Shown: one piece after another, positions 36,658 to 49,300 of the stretch | Position numbering within the stretch: the stretch's first letter is position 1 | How the letters are laid out: every line of letters begins with the position of its first letter | Origin: Hormiphora californensis | Taxonomy: Eukaryota > Animalia > Ctenophora | DNA length: 64,000 nt | Assembly (NCBI GenBank): GCA_020137815.1 | Contig: CM035361.1 | Span: forward strand, 5,766,001 to 5,830,000 | Direction of reading: 5' to 3' | Position numbers and translations under genes: made by a program | The notes under the pieces: model-generated | The model's database searches: none | Told to the model about the DNA's origin: nothing | The model's input: only the letters and a program-made list of their open reading frames with translations

Positions 36658-39562
36658 TGAATGGGAAAAAATTTGCAACAAGCTAATTCCTTCACTAATG
36701 TGTTTCTAAGGGTCTCCACTAAGCCCCCAGAAAAGTGTAACGCGGTGTGCGGGGTGCAAAATGGTCATTTCCGGTTGGGTGGCTGCGCATGGTGGATTGA
36801 CACTTCTTTCCCTTTGGGTTAAGTAGTAAAATGAGGACATTAAAAGTGCATAATCGACGGGTTAGGGGGGTAGAACATGTCAAAATTAAATTTCCTGATT
36901 ATTTTATGAGATAATTGCATAATTAGCATAATTAGTGCTACGCAAGGTAAATTTGATGGTGTAATGGGGGTAGGATGGGTTTGGGCCGGAAAAAGATCTA
37001 CTCCGACCGAAAAACATCGTGTTAGTGGGGGTAGAGCATGTCAGATTTGTAATTAAACCATTTTCTTATGAGATAATGCATAATTAGTAGACTAATTATC
37101 TAAAAAATTTAAAAATTGGAAACTTTGGATCCGGAAAAAGATCTACCCCGACCAAAAAACGCGTGTTAGGGGGGTTAGAGCATGTCAAAATACCCTCAAA
37201 CCATTTGCTAATGATATGGCCCTCCCAGAACCCCTAGACCCTACTAGATACCTCTATGACCCTCCAGACACCCCTAGACCCTACCTGATACCCTTCTGAT
37301 CCTCCCAGATACCCCTCGACCATACCTGATACCCTCTGACCATCCCAGATACCCCTCAGACCCTACCTGATACCCTCTGACCATCCCAGATACCCCTCAG
37401 ACCCTACCTGGCCTGATACCTCTCTGATCTTCCCAGATACCCCTAGACCCTACCTGATACCTCTCTGATCCTCCCAGATACCCCTCAGACCTACCTGATA
37501 CCTCTCTAGTCTCTGATCTTCCCAGATACCTATCAGATCCTCCCAGATAGTCCTTAGATGTGTAGATATCCCGCAGACCCTACCGATACCCCTCTGACCG
37601 TGCTAGATAGCCCTGAGACCGTGCTAGATACTCTGACCATCCCATATACCCCTCAGACCCTATATATACCCCTAAGACTCTAACTAATACCCCTAAGATC
37701 CAACTAGATAGTCATTGACCACCTGATTACCCTACACAGTGCCCAACGGGGTATCTAGGACGGCCAAAGGGTCTAACTTCGTGCTAAAATACCTCTCAAA
37801 GCATGCTAGAAAAAACTCAGACCCTTCTGCATCAGAGGTATTTAGCACGGTCTAAGGGCTATCTTGGAGGGTCAGGGGGTACCTAGCAGGGTCTGAGGGG
37901 GATTATGGAAGGGTCAGAGAGGCATTAGTAGGGTCTGAGCGGTACCTAACACGGTCTAAGGGCTATCTTGGAGGGTCTGAGAGGTACCTAGCACGGTCTA
38001 AGGGCTATCTTGGAGGGTCTGAGGGGTATCTGGGATGGTCAGAGAGGTATCAGGTAGGGTCTGAGGAGTATTTGAGAGGGTCAGAGGGGGATCAGGTAGG
38101 GTCTGAGGAGTATTTGAGAGGGTCAGAGGGGTATCAGGTAGGGTCTGAGGTACCTGGGAGGATCAGAGAAGATCAGGTATGGTCTGAGGGGTATTTGCAC
38201 GGTCTAGAACATCTAGGACGGTCAGAGGGGTATCAGATAGGGTCTGCGGGATATCTGGTGGGCGGACTCTAGTGCTAACGGACTCTTTATCTAAATTCAA
38301 GGCGGACTCTATATCTAAAACCGGACTCTTTATCTACAGTTAGACTTTGAAAAAAGTTTAGATAAAGAGTCCGCCCAGTTTAGACTTTTTAGATATAGAG
38401 TCGCCCCTGTGTAGACTTTTTAGACATAGAGTCCCCTGGTACATTTTGGCGCCAAATCCCCAACCCGGACTCTATGTCAAAATCCTAAACCAACCCAAAA
38501 CCTAACCCTAACCATAACCCTAACCCTAACCTCGAACCCAAATAATGGCCCTAACATTTCAATTAGTATAGCGGTACAGCAAACTCTCGTTTCCGGCCTA
38601 ACGGCCGAAATCTCGAGTTCGCTGAGAATGGCGGACTCTATGTCTAATTAGATTATGTAGATATAGAGTCCGCTCTTTGTAGACTTTTAGATAAAGAGTC
38701 CACCCTGTTTAGACTTTTAGAGATAGAGTCCTCCTAGAGTTTAGACTTATTTGGACTCTTTATCTAAATCTAAATTTAGATATAGAGTCCACTGTAGACT
38801 TAGAGTGTAGCACTAGAGTCCGCCCACCATCTGGGATGGTCAGAGGGGTATCAGGTAGGGTCTGAGGGGTATCTGGGATGGTCAGAGAGGTATCAGGTAG
38901 GGTCTGAGGGTCAGAGAGATATTAGATAGGATATTAGATAGTATCTGGAGGGTGTCTGGGAGGGTCATAGAGGTATCTAGTAGGGTCTGAGGGGTATCTG
39001 GGAGGGCGATATCATTAGCAAATAGTTTGAGGGTAATTTTGACATGCTCTACCCCCACTAACACGCTGTTTGGTCGGGGTAGATCTTTTTCCGGATCCAA
39101 AGTTCCAATTTTTAAATTTTTTCGATAATTAGTCTACAATTATGCAATTATCTCATAAGAAAATGGTTTTAATACAAATCTGACATGCTCACCCCCACTA
39201 ACACGATGTTTTCGGTCGGAGTAGATCTTTCCGGGCCCGAACCCATCCTACCCCATTAACATCAAATTTACCTGGTGAGCACTAATTTGCTAATTATGCA
39301 ATTATTCATAAAATAATCATGAATTTTAATTTGACATGTTCTACCCCCACTAACCCGTCGATTCTGCACATTTTGAGTCCTCATTTTACTACTTAACCCA
39401 AAGGGAAAGAAAGTGTCAATCTTCACCATGCGCAGCCACGCCCAACCGGAAATGACCATGTTGCACCCCCGACACCGCGTTACACTTTCTGGGGGCTTAG
39501 TGGAGACCCTTAGGAACAACATTAGTGAAGGAATTAGCTTGTTGCAAATTTTTTCCCATTCA
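36658..39562. mobile_element. Large inverted-repeat element with internal inverted GATACCCCTCAGACCCTACCT arrays
   Basis: 36658-~37400 is the reverse complement of ~38830-39562; shares ACAAGCTAATTCCTTCACTA with the GGGTACGC family. Confidence 0.8.
38256..38829. mobile_element. Nested MITE (TGGTGGGCGGACTCT TIR) with GGACTCTWTATCTA subrepeats and a (TAACCC)-like tract
   Basis: Perfect TIRs, TC on both sides, CCTAACCCTAACC tract at ~38500-38532. Confidence 0.8.
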
Positions 39563-40720
39563 TGAGCTTTGTCCCCTAACTAAAGGAACACTTTTAAGAA
39601 GGGGTATTTTGCCCGAGAGTGTCCCTGAAAAAAAGTTTTCTTTCAGAAATCAGTGAAGATGACGTTTCTATGAACTCCTGATTTTTAAGAAGCGTTGGGA
39701 ACCTATCTAATGGACATTTAGTGAAAAAAATTGACTAAATAAGTTAAGATAAAGCTCTGAGAGCACCTTTAAACCGTGGGAAAATCCACTTTTCCGGCTT
39801 GGTCCCAGCGCGCCGTACACGAGTTTGCGCGCGAGAGAAGGCGCCCACTCCTGTTGCTTTTGCCACAGCGAGGTCACCGCGCGTTACATACATACTGCCT
39901 CTCCTTCGAATTGGAGCTACATAAAACCCGCTCCCATCCATCACCTAACTACATCTCTCCCCAGGAACTGAAATGAGTCTGAAAGGAACACACTAAAGTG
40001 TAGTTTACCGACTATTAGACTGACATCAATAGATGACCTGGTGATGAAGATCAAGCGCATGGAGTTGGAGCAGGTGGCTTGAACATTTGGGATGAGTAAC
40101 AACAATGAAATGCTGTGGAAAATGAAGTGTTAATGTTTGTGAAGACTATGATTCAGAGTGGGTGCAGGGTGAACATAAACCAGCTCAAGTGCACATCAAA
40201 CTGAGAGACAAAGGGAGAGATTATTCAGAGAATTGATGTTGTAGGGAAGATGCCTTCACCACCCTTCCTGTCCCCTGATTATTGTTTGATGTGCACCAGA
40301 GATATGAAATGGGAGACATATTTTGGAAAATGAATTGTCAAAATCTTATAACACACACTTTAACAAGATAAACAACGATATAATATAATGGTACTAGATA
40401 AGTTAAAATTGACGAAAGCTTTAGAGAACACTGTGTTTCACGTCTTCACCTCTACATCTCTCTCTCTCTCTCTCTCTCTGTTTCAACAAAGCAAGAAAAT
40501 TGTCTGTCACAAGGTACTCCTCGATTAATCTTCATTGTTCCTTTCATTAAGTTCCTTGGTTTAACAGTTACACTGGTGGTAATGGCAGATCCCTTGGAAA
40601 TCAATGGCAGATCCCTCACATCGGTTGAAGTCGATCCTGTCGTAACACTTGCACACTCGGTATCTAGGAGGAGGGGGAGGGTGAGTAGGGTATTGGCAGA
40701 GAGATGGAGAGAGATAGGGA

Positions 40721-40850
<130 letters not shown>

Positions 40851-42495
40851 AGAGGAGACGATAGGAAGTAAGATATGGAGAAGTCAGATGGAGGAGTGAA
40901 GTGAAACATTTGATGAGAAAGAAATAGTGAGTAGGAAGCAGATCAGAGTAGACAGTCAGAGCACAAGATCTAGAGAATAAGGGATTGAATTTCATGGGAA
41001 GTGTATAACACACCTTTGTGGAGGATAGTGATGTTGGGGACAAGATGATCTGGCGAACTCCATTCTTGAGACAGTCCAATTACAACAGTTTACAGCATTC
41101 ATATAGACATAAAACTTACAGGGTTGCACTTGTTCCTTGTCACTCTAATTCGCTGGGGGGGGTAGGTGTTTCAAAGGCTGACAAGATTGTGACTAGGTCG
41201 AAACTAATGACAAAATTAGGGTCAACATACACATTTGACCTAATCAGATTGATCGGTTCCATCATATCACTGTTAACATGAAAACTTATACAAGATAGTG
41301 TATTTGTAATAGGAACAAGAGATAATAATATTGCGCTGAGGGGAGAGGGAACATGGTGACATAATTGGTTGTGACAAAACACTATGGTGACAAATGTGAT
41401 GTAACATTGACAGAAATTTAGGACAGAGAAATTTGTCAATTTTTCAGGATCTCAAATCGCAAATGATCAAGATTCATGAGGAATGAAAAGTTATGGTGAC
41501 GTATAAATTATAACCAAAGTTCAATCATAATGGATATACAGGGAGTACATAAATGGACTTCGAGATGGTAGCGAGGAGGTCAACTTAATTGGATACATTG
41601 AAATTTTTACGTCGTCCAACATCTCAGTCCGACCAACTGGGCCATGTACAACTTGAATGGAGAAACTATGGCGGTCTAAGAATATAATGTGAGTAATTTT
41701 AAAATTTCAAATGAAATTGTCAATAAGTACATAATGGTGAAAAACATGTTCAAATTAGACAATGTGACAAATGTGATGGGACATTACTTAATGGTTAGTG
41801 ACAAATGCACCAGCCACTCTCACATGAAGGGCACTCCGGAGGGACTGGGGCAGGTTTACAATTTAGGTTTTAACTGAAGTTCGATTAGGTAAAGGGAAAT
41901 ACAGCTGGAAATCATGGTTGTCGACAGGTTTACATGTTAATAGTGATAATTGATCAGATCATCACTAGAACATCACTGGAATATTAAACTCATGTAACTA
42001 CCATGTAGTTAGGAATTGCTTTGGTTTTAGGTTTCATGGATAGTAACAATAAATCAAAACATGACTAAGGTCTCGACTGGGTGACAAGTTGAGGACCTTA
42101 GATTAGATGTCAATACATCCAATGCGCGAACTTTCAGCTGACGGCACATGCCTGGATGATTGTTGATCTTATGGGTGTTAAGGGAATGAAGAGATTAGAG
42201 CTGGGATTGGTGAGGATTAAAGAACTTACGTCTTCCAAGAGAAATCACGGATAATATCGGACAATCCTGTTCAGATCAGGGAAACATTAATCACCTACAG
42301 CTCACAGGGTCCCCCACTCTGGCTAGGGGGAGGGGGTTAAAACATAATAAGTGATAAAACGATTCATTGATGTACGGTTTACGTTATTTAGAAAAGATTT
42401 GCACTTGTTTTCATAGTTCTAAATGTTGTCGCGGGTTGTCAAAAGACAACACTCTCCTAGCTGGAGCAATGATACAGTACATTAATTAAACTTAA

Positions 42496-43165
42496 AGTAA
42501 GAGTGGCGCGCCGTGTTTTCTCACAAAACTTAGTGGATAAACGGGGAGTACCACCAGGACCATTGGTACGGTATCGAAAATTTCTAATTCTGTCTCGTTC
42601 ATTAGTTATGACGTAATATGTTCATTATTTCAACTTTCATAAAATTGCTCTACAGAAAAATCTGTACATTGTGGATTGAAATGGATGCTTGCATCGTGTT
42701 CAGCGTCAAAAAATAGCCGGGGTACCAAATTTTGGTGTCTCTACCTTGTCTGTGACGCGAGATATCGACAAATATCGAAAACGCCCAAAGTGAGAGAAAG
42801 AGAGTTTGTTACAAGTGGGTGGCGCGCACAAACAACTAGCACCCAAAGATAACAATCTCTCTCTCGCCCATTTTGGTCGTTTTCGATAATTGTCGATATC
42901 TCGCGTCCCAGACAAGGTAGAGACACCAAAATTTGGTACCCCGGCTATTTTTTGACGCTGAACACGATGCAAGCATCCATTTCAATCCACAATGTACAGA
43001 TTTTTCTGTAGAGCAATTTTATGAAAGTTGAAATAATGAACATATTACGTCATAACTAATGAACGAGACAGAATTAGAAATTTTCTATACCGTACCAATG
43101 GTCCTGGTGGTACTCCCCGTTTATCCACTAAGTTTTGTGAGAAAACACGGCACGCCACTCTTACT
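42496..43165. mobile_element. TTAA-flanked foldback element, Kolobok-like (AGTAAGAGTGG termini)
   Basis: TTAA at 42492-42495 and 43166-43169; AG..CT ends; ~300-bp arms. Confidence 0.9.
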
Positions 43166-43339
43166 TTAAAGTGAGAGGTGCACGAAAAAGAATGAAATAA
43201 AATGTATAACATCAACTTAATAGATGGAATCACGATGACNNNNNNNNNNNNNNNNNNNNNNNNNNNNNNNNNNNNNNNNNNNNNNNNNNNNNNNNNNNNN
43301 NNNNNNNNNNNNNNNNNNNNNNNNNNNNNNNNNNNNNNN

Positions 43340-45637
43340 CCGACCGAAATATTTTTCGAGTGTCAGGAAATCTTCACCGAGGGTTGTAGGGCCATTACCA
43401 GGAGTCAGCGGATAGAGGTGACCCGTCCTGAGAATGTTAAAACGTTTTTGGCCATACTCACCATTTTCTGACAATTTGCAAAATCTTGGGCTCATTGGAA
43501 AGAGACATTAAGCTCTTTAAATGACTCAACTGACATGAAAATGGCGCAAATTGCGCGGGCGTAGGGGGAAAACGAGCATTTTGCGCATTGCCGCCGCGCA
43601 AAGCCCGCGCACTTTTGCGCTGAGTTTGATTTTCTTTGGGCTCATCTGAAAGAGCTCAATGTCCCTCTTTCCAAAGCGTGCCCCCAATATTTTCAATATT
43701 GGTCAAGAAATGGTTGAGTTGGCCAAATAAAATATAATTCCAGGACGGGTCACCTTTACCGCTTACCATACCATGAGGATACCTCAAATATGCAATTTTA
43801 GCCCTTAAATCGAATCATATTTTTGCTACAGCTGTTTAAAAAAACATGTCCGTAAAAACGTTTTTTGGCATCTCAAAAATTTGGGGATTTGAAGAGGACA
43901 TGAAGGTGAATAACCACACATTTTTTTTGCAATCCGAGCTGATTTCCGGTCCTGAGATGGATTTCTTTTTTTCACTTTAAACGCCCTATTTGGCAAAGTT
44001 CCGAAACCATGTGAAAGCTGTAAATTGGTGAAAAGTTGCGTCTAACGATTATCTAAGTGGCCATAAATTTTGGGCGTGTCCTTATTTGAGATAATGTACA
44101 GAGTTTTTTTGTGAAAGCCGTCATTTGAGAATAAATAAATTCCCTGTATCTCAAAAACGGCTGAATGCTGATCGTAGAGACCTGAGACTATATATATATG
44201 CTTAAACGATTCAGAAGGTCCGATTTTGGGGGGGTCTTCTGAGAGACATTTTCTCCTAGGGTCAGCAACACACCAACGTTAAGATTAAAATTAAAATTTG
44301 ACGTTTTTGGTCATAACTTATCACCATTTCTTTGCTGGCAAAATTGCTTATTTTGGCTGCTGTGTGGAAAGAGGGAAATCGAGCCCTTTCTGAACGCCCA
44401 AAAACTTGAAATCCGCGCAAAGTGCGCGGCGTTCAGTGCAAAATGTGTGCGTTAAAATTTTTAAAATTTCCATATAAAAATGTGTATGACGGACTGTAAC
44501 AGTCCGTCATACACATTTTTAATGGAATTTTGTGCTCGTATTTTCTCGTCAGAATCTGTATAACATGCAACGTGTAATTTGGAGCCCGCGGCGCATCTTG
44601 CACGTGCGGGTTTTCAAGAGAGAGCGAGAGACAAACGTACAAACGTTAATGTGCGTCTCTCTCTTTAATCTCGCACGTGAATTTGAGCCGCGGCGCGGCG
44701 CATCTGCACGTGTGGTTTTTCCAGATAGAAATTCCAATAGAAATCCAAGATAGAAATTCAAAATAAAAATGTGTATGCGCCGTGTTTATGCGCCTTAAAG
44801 CCGCACAATTTGCGCCGATTTTAAGTTTCTTGAGCTCTTCAGAACGGGCTCGATTCCGAAAAAACAAAAACCCATCTTCGGGGATTTTTTGTGATTTTCT
44901 TTTTTGGTGATTTATAGAGACCCTATGGACCAATAGTTGAAGGAATTAGCTTGTTACACAGTTTTCCATAGTTTCGGTCCTTTCTTAGCTAAATCAATTC
45001 CTAATTACAGGATATTGGAGTTTAGCTTTTGCCTTTTCATAGAATTTGGTTTTTCCGCAATTAACGCAAAAACGGTTGAAGTAGGACAACAATGTCTCTC
45101 AGAAGACCCCCCAAAATCGGACCTTCTGAATTCTTTAAGCATAGTCTCGAAATCTACGATCAGCCGTTTTTGAGATACAGGGAATTTATTTATTTCTGAA
45201 ATGACGGCTTTTCAAAAAAAACTCTGTACAGCTATCTTAAATAGGGCACGCCCAAAATTTATGGCCATTAGATAATCGTTAGACGCACTTTTCACCCAAT
45301 TTACAGCTTTCACATGTTTTTCGGAAACTTTGCCAAATAGGGCTGTAAAGTGGAAAAAAGAAAATCCATCTCAGACCGGAAATCAGCTCGGATTGCAAAA
45401 AAATGTGTGGTTATTCACCTTCATGTCCCTCTTAAATCCCCAATTTCATGCTCCTATCTTTAAAAAATTTTTTTGAGATGCCAAAAACGTTTTTACAGGA
45501 CATTTTTTAAACAGCTGTAGCAAAAATATGAATTCGACTTAAGGGCTAAAATTCATATTTGAGGTATCCTTGGTAGGCCTAAAACCCTACGGTGAGAGAT
45601 TTCCCTGCACTCGAAAAAAATTTCGGTCGGCGTACCC
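43340..45637. mobile_element. Longer variant of the GGGTACGC foldback family (left end in gap)
   Basis: Ends GGCGTACCC-TTAA; arms homologous to 20230-21620 plus extra internal modules. Confidence 0.8.
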
Positions 45638-46388
45638 TTAAAAGTGGCGAAAAGAACCACCCGGCTAAGCCGGTTGGGTTATCAAAAAATCCTTACTCGA
45701 TGCGCACCCATGGTGCCGCTAGTTCTATAAAATTTGCAAAAAAAGTTATGAACATTTTCTAAGTACACCAGCCACGTCGATTCGTGTTTGGAATCGGAGC
45801 ACGGTGTATCCCATGTCCTGCCGCTAATTAGACGGGTCGAAACGAACCGATACGTGATACCTTGCCGAATCGGGGCATCCTAGGCCTAAAAGGGGTAAGG
45901 AAGTAGGGCCTAGTATATAGAAATCAATATTGGATGACCTATAGATCTCCGGATGTATGATACATTTGTAATATACACATAATAGAGGTTTACAGGTGGG
46001 CATAAACGCCTGCTAGCATGCCCGGTATGCCGACCACTACTTTACTGCAATATATATCCGCGAGTGCAAATATCACTCCTGCTACGCGCAACCATTTTCA
46101 CTGTGAAACTTGCACTGTGCTTCCGCGGGAGCGTGCAGATATGGAGGCAGAGGGATATAAGTAAAGAAAGTGTTGTTGCAGTGTTTTTACACACAGAATA
46201 TGACTGACAAGGTACTACACAACACATAGTCTGCTATTTTACACTCACTCTCCCTCTTTCTCTCACTAATTATCCCCTTATCATACTTTGTTGTTGCTAT
46301 TTCCAAGAATTCCAATCTCCTTCTCTCGTATCTCTCACTTATCTCTCTCTTCTTTTCACTATTAAAACTAACAGAACTTGTTCCCTTG

Positions 46389-49300
46389 GGCAATTGCCAA
46401 TTTTCATTTGCAGGCATCGCACTATAGACGCATTACCCACGTACTATAGACGCATTATAAACGCATTATAAACGCATTATAGACGCATTATAGACACACG
46501 CAATATAGATGCAATTTCGTAAGCAGCACTATAGACGCAATATAGACGCATTATACAGCAATATAAACGCATTTTATAGACGCGACGCAGTATAGCCGCA
46601 TTATAGCGCACTATACCCACCCCAAAATCACCTATAGACCACTATAGAAGCATTATAACTAACTATAGCGCACCATAACGCTACATGACCCATATAGACG
46701 CATGATAGAAGCATTATAGACTCAAATCGCTTTTTATAGACGCCGCGTCTATAAAAAACGTGCTTTTTAAAGAAGCACTTTAGACGTACTCTCAGGACAG
46801 TGCGATATTTGAGGCGCGTTGGGCGTTTATAAACGCATTTTTGACGCATATAAAAGGAAGCAGTACAGACGCATTATAGACGCATTATAGCCGCATGTGT
46901 GCGAAATCGATAAAGACGCAATATAGACGCAAAATAAAAAGGAGAGGGAGAGAGAGGCGAGGGAGGGAGAGGGAAGGAGAGGGAGGGACTGAAGAGGGGT
47001 ACAGGGACAGAAACAGACGGATAAAGACCTGAGACAGAAGGACAGAGTAAGATGGAAAGAGAGTAAGATGGAAGATAGTGATATAGGGACGGATGAGACT
47101 AAAAAGAGTGAGAACAGAAAAAGACAGAGATGGAAACAAACGGACAGAGACAGACGGACGGCAACACGCGCTACTATCTCCCTCTCTGTCTCACTCTCTC
47201 TCTCTCTCTTCCACTCTCTGAATCTCTCTCCATCTTACTCTGTCCGTCTGTGTCGATCTGTGTCCATCTGTCTCTGTCTGATCTGTCTCTGATTCCCTCC
47301 CTCTTTCCCTCTCCTTCCCTCTCCTCCCTCCCTCCATCCCTCTAGTCTCTCTCCCTCTCCTTCTTATTAATTGCGTCTATATTGCGTCTTTATCGATTTC
47401 GCGCACATGCGTCTATAATGCGTCTATAATGCGTCTAAATGCGTCTATACTGCTTCCTTTATATGCGTCAAAAATGCGTTTATAGTTCGCCCAACTGCGC
47501 CTCAATATGGCAGCGTGCGTCTGAGTACGTCTATAGTGCTCTTAAAAAAGCACGTTTTTTATAGACGCGGCGTCTATAAAAAGCGATTTGTGTCTATATT
47601 GCTTCTATCATGCGTCTATATGGTCTATGTAGCTTTTATGGTGCTACTATATTCAGTCTATATGCGTCTATAGTGCGTCTATAAGGTGATTTTGGGGTGG
47701 GTAGTGCGCCTAAATGCGGCTATACTGCGTCGCGTCTATAAAAATGCGTTTATATTGCTGTTATAATGCGTCTATATTGCGTCTATAGTGCTGCTTACGA
47801 AATTGCGTCTATATTGCGTGTGTCTTCTTCTTCTTCTGGGAGGACGCTGGCTAGTGCGAAGCACTAGCCAGTAAGGGGTGGGTGCCATGAGGCTCCCGTT
47901 CCCCGTCCGGGTGGTGTGGCTGTTATGTTGCCAACTGCTTCGGCCCAGGAGACTTGGGGAGCTGGTGCCATACCAAGTCACAGGGGAAACCTCCCTTTAA
48001 GGGGTGGTTTCAGGGGGGTGAAGTATCTCATCGCCTTCTTATAGAACGAGATCGTTTTTCTAAGGGGTTGATGGTGTCTAATTTCGTACTGCTGAGGCCC
48101 AGCCTGTCAAAGGATTCCTGTCGGAGTTCCAAAGGGCGGGGCATTCAGTAAGTACATGCTTATTGTCTCGTCTTCCATCCCACATGCTGCACAGTTGTGG
48201 TCTCGACTTTTTTTAATTTTTTCATGTGGTAGTTAAGGTGGCAGTTGCCCTGTGAGTAGGTGTGTCGCCGCCCTTAGGTCTGTTCTATTAAGTTTTTTGA
48301 AGAGGTCTCTCATATCTTTCGGTCCACATCATGTCCATATGTTTGGTTTGTTTGATGGGTCCGGTTTTAACCTTCTCCCTGAGGGCTGCATAGGCTGCGC
48401 TTTGGGAATTGGTATGAGAGTAACTTCTTCGATTTCCTGAGCACCCCTTTTGCCAAGATGTCTGCTATTTTCGTTTCCATCGTACCCTTGATGGGCCGGG
48501 ATCCATCTAATCATGACACGTTGAATATGGCCAGGGTGTTCAGATTTTTGATAGTCTTTATCGTGGTTTTTGATCTGCATGTCGTGGAGTTAGGGTCTTT
48601 ATTGTCCCTTGACTGTCACAGTTTATGAGTATTCGCTCGTTAGCTGTTCCCCTATCCAGGAATATTGAGCCGTCTGTTGTATGGCATACATTTCTGCCGC
48701 CGGGACAGTTCCTTCGGGGCAGTGTTATACGATTTTCGAGCTAGCTCTGTTTCGCCAGAGTGGATAATGTATCCTGCACCGGCATTGTTGTTAATTTTTG
48801 ACCCATCAGTGTGTGCAACTATCGTGTACTTGTCTCCATCCTCCAAAACGTCTCCCTTTCTGGGATCTCTAACGGAATTCCCTGTCTAGGGTGAGTTCCG
48901 GGGTTGTGAGATCGTGACATCTGCCCTCTGCTTCCAGAGTTCTGAGATCACGTGATACCGTGTTGGCATGCGAAGTGAACACTTTTGGGGTCTTTAGGTT
49001 GATTTTATTGGCCCTTCCCATTCTCCCGTTGCCATTAGGGTGTATGCAGTTTTGGCTGCACAGTACCTCAGATGGTCGGTGATCGGGGCGGTGTTTGTGA
49101 TTGTGTCAGGGCTGTTGATGCGTCGAGGGCATGGCCCCAGTTACCATCTGAGTGCTAGCCTCTGTACCCTTATCATGTTTTCTTTGTTTGTTTTGGTTCG
49201 CATTGCATTAGCCCAGACCATTGCCCCGTAGCATAAGGTGGTCTCACTATTGCAGTGTATATCCATAGGGCCGTTTTAGGGTTTAGTCCCCACGTGGGTC

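Noticed and set aside
38495-38540. Telomere remnant or chromosome fusion site
   Set aside because: Short, degenerate and inside a TIR-bounded MITE
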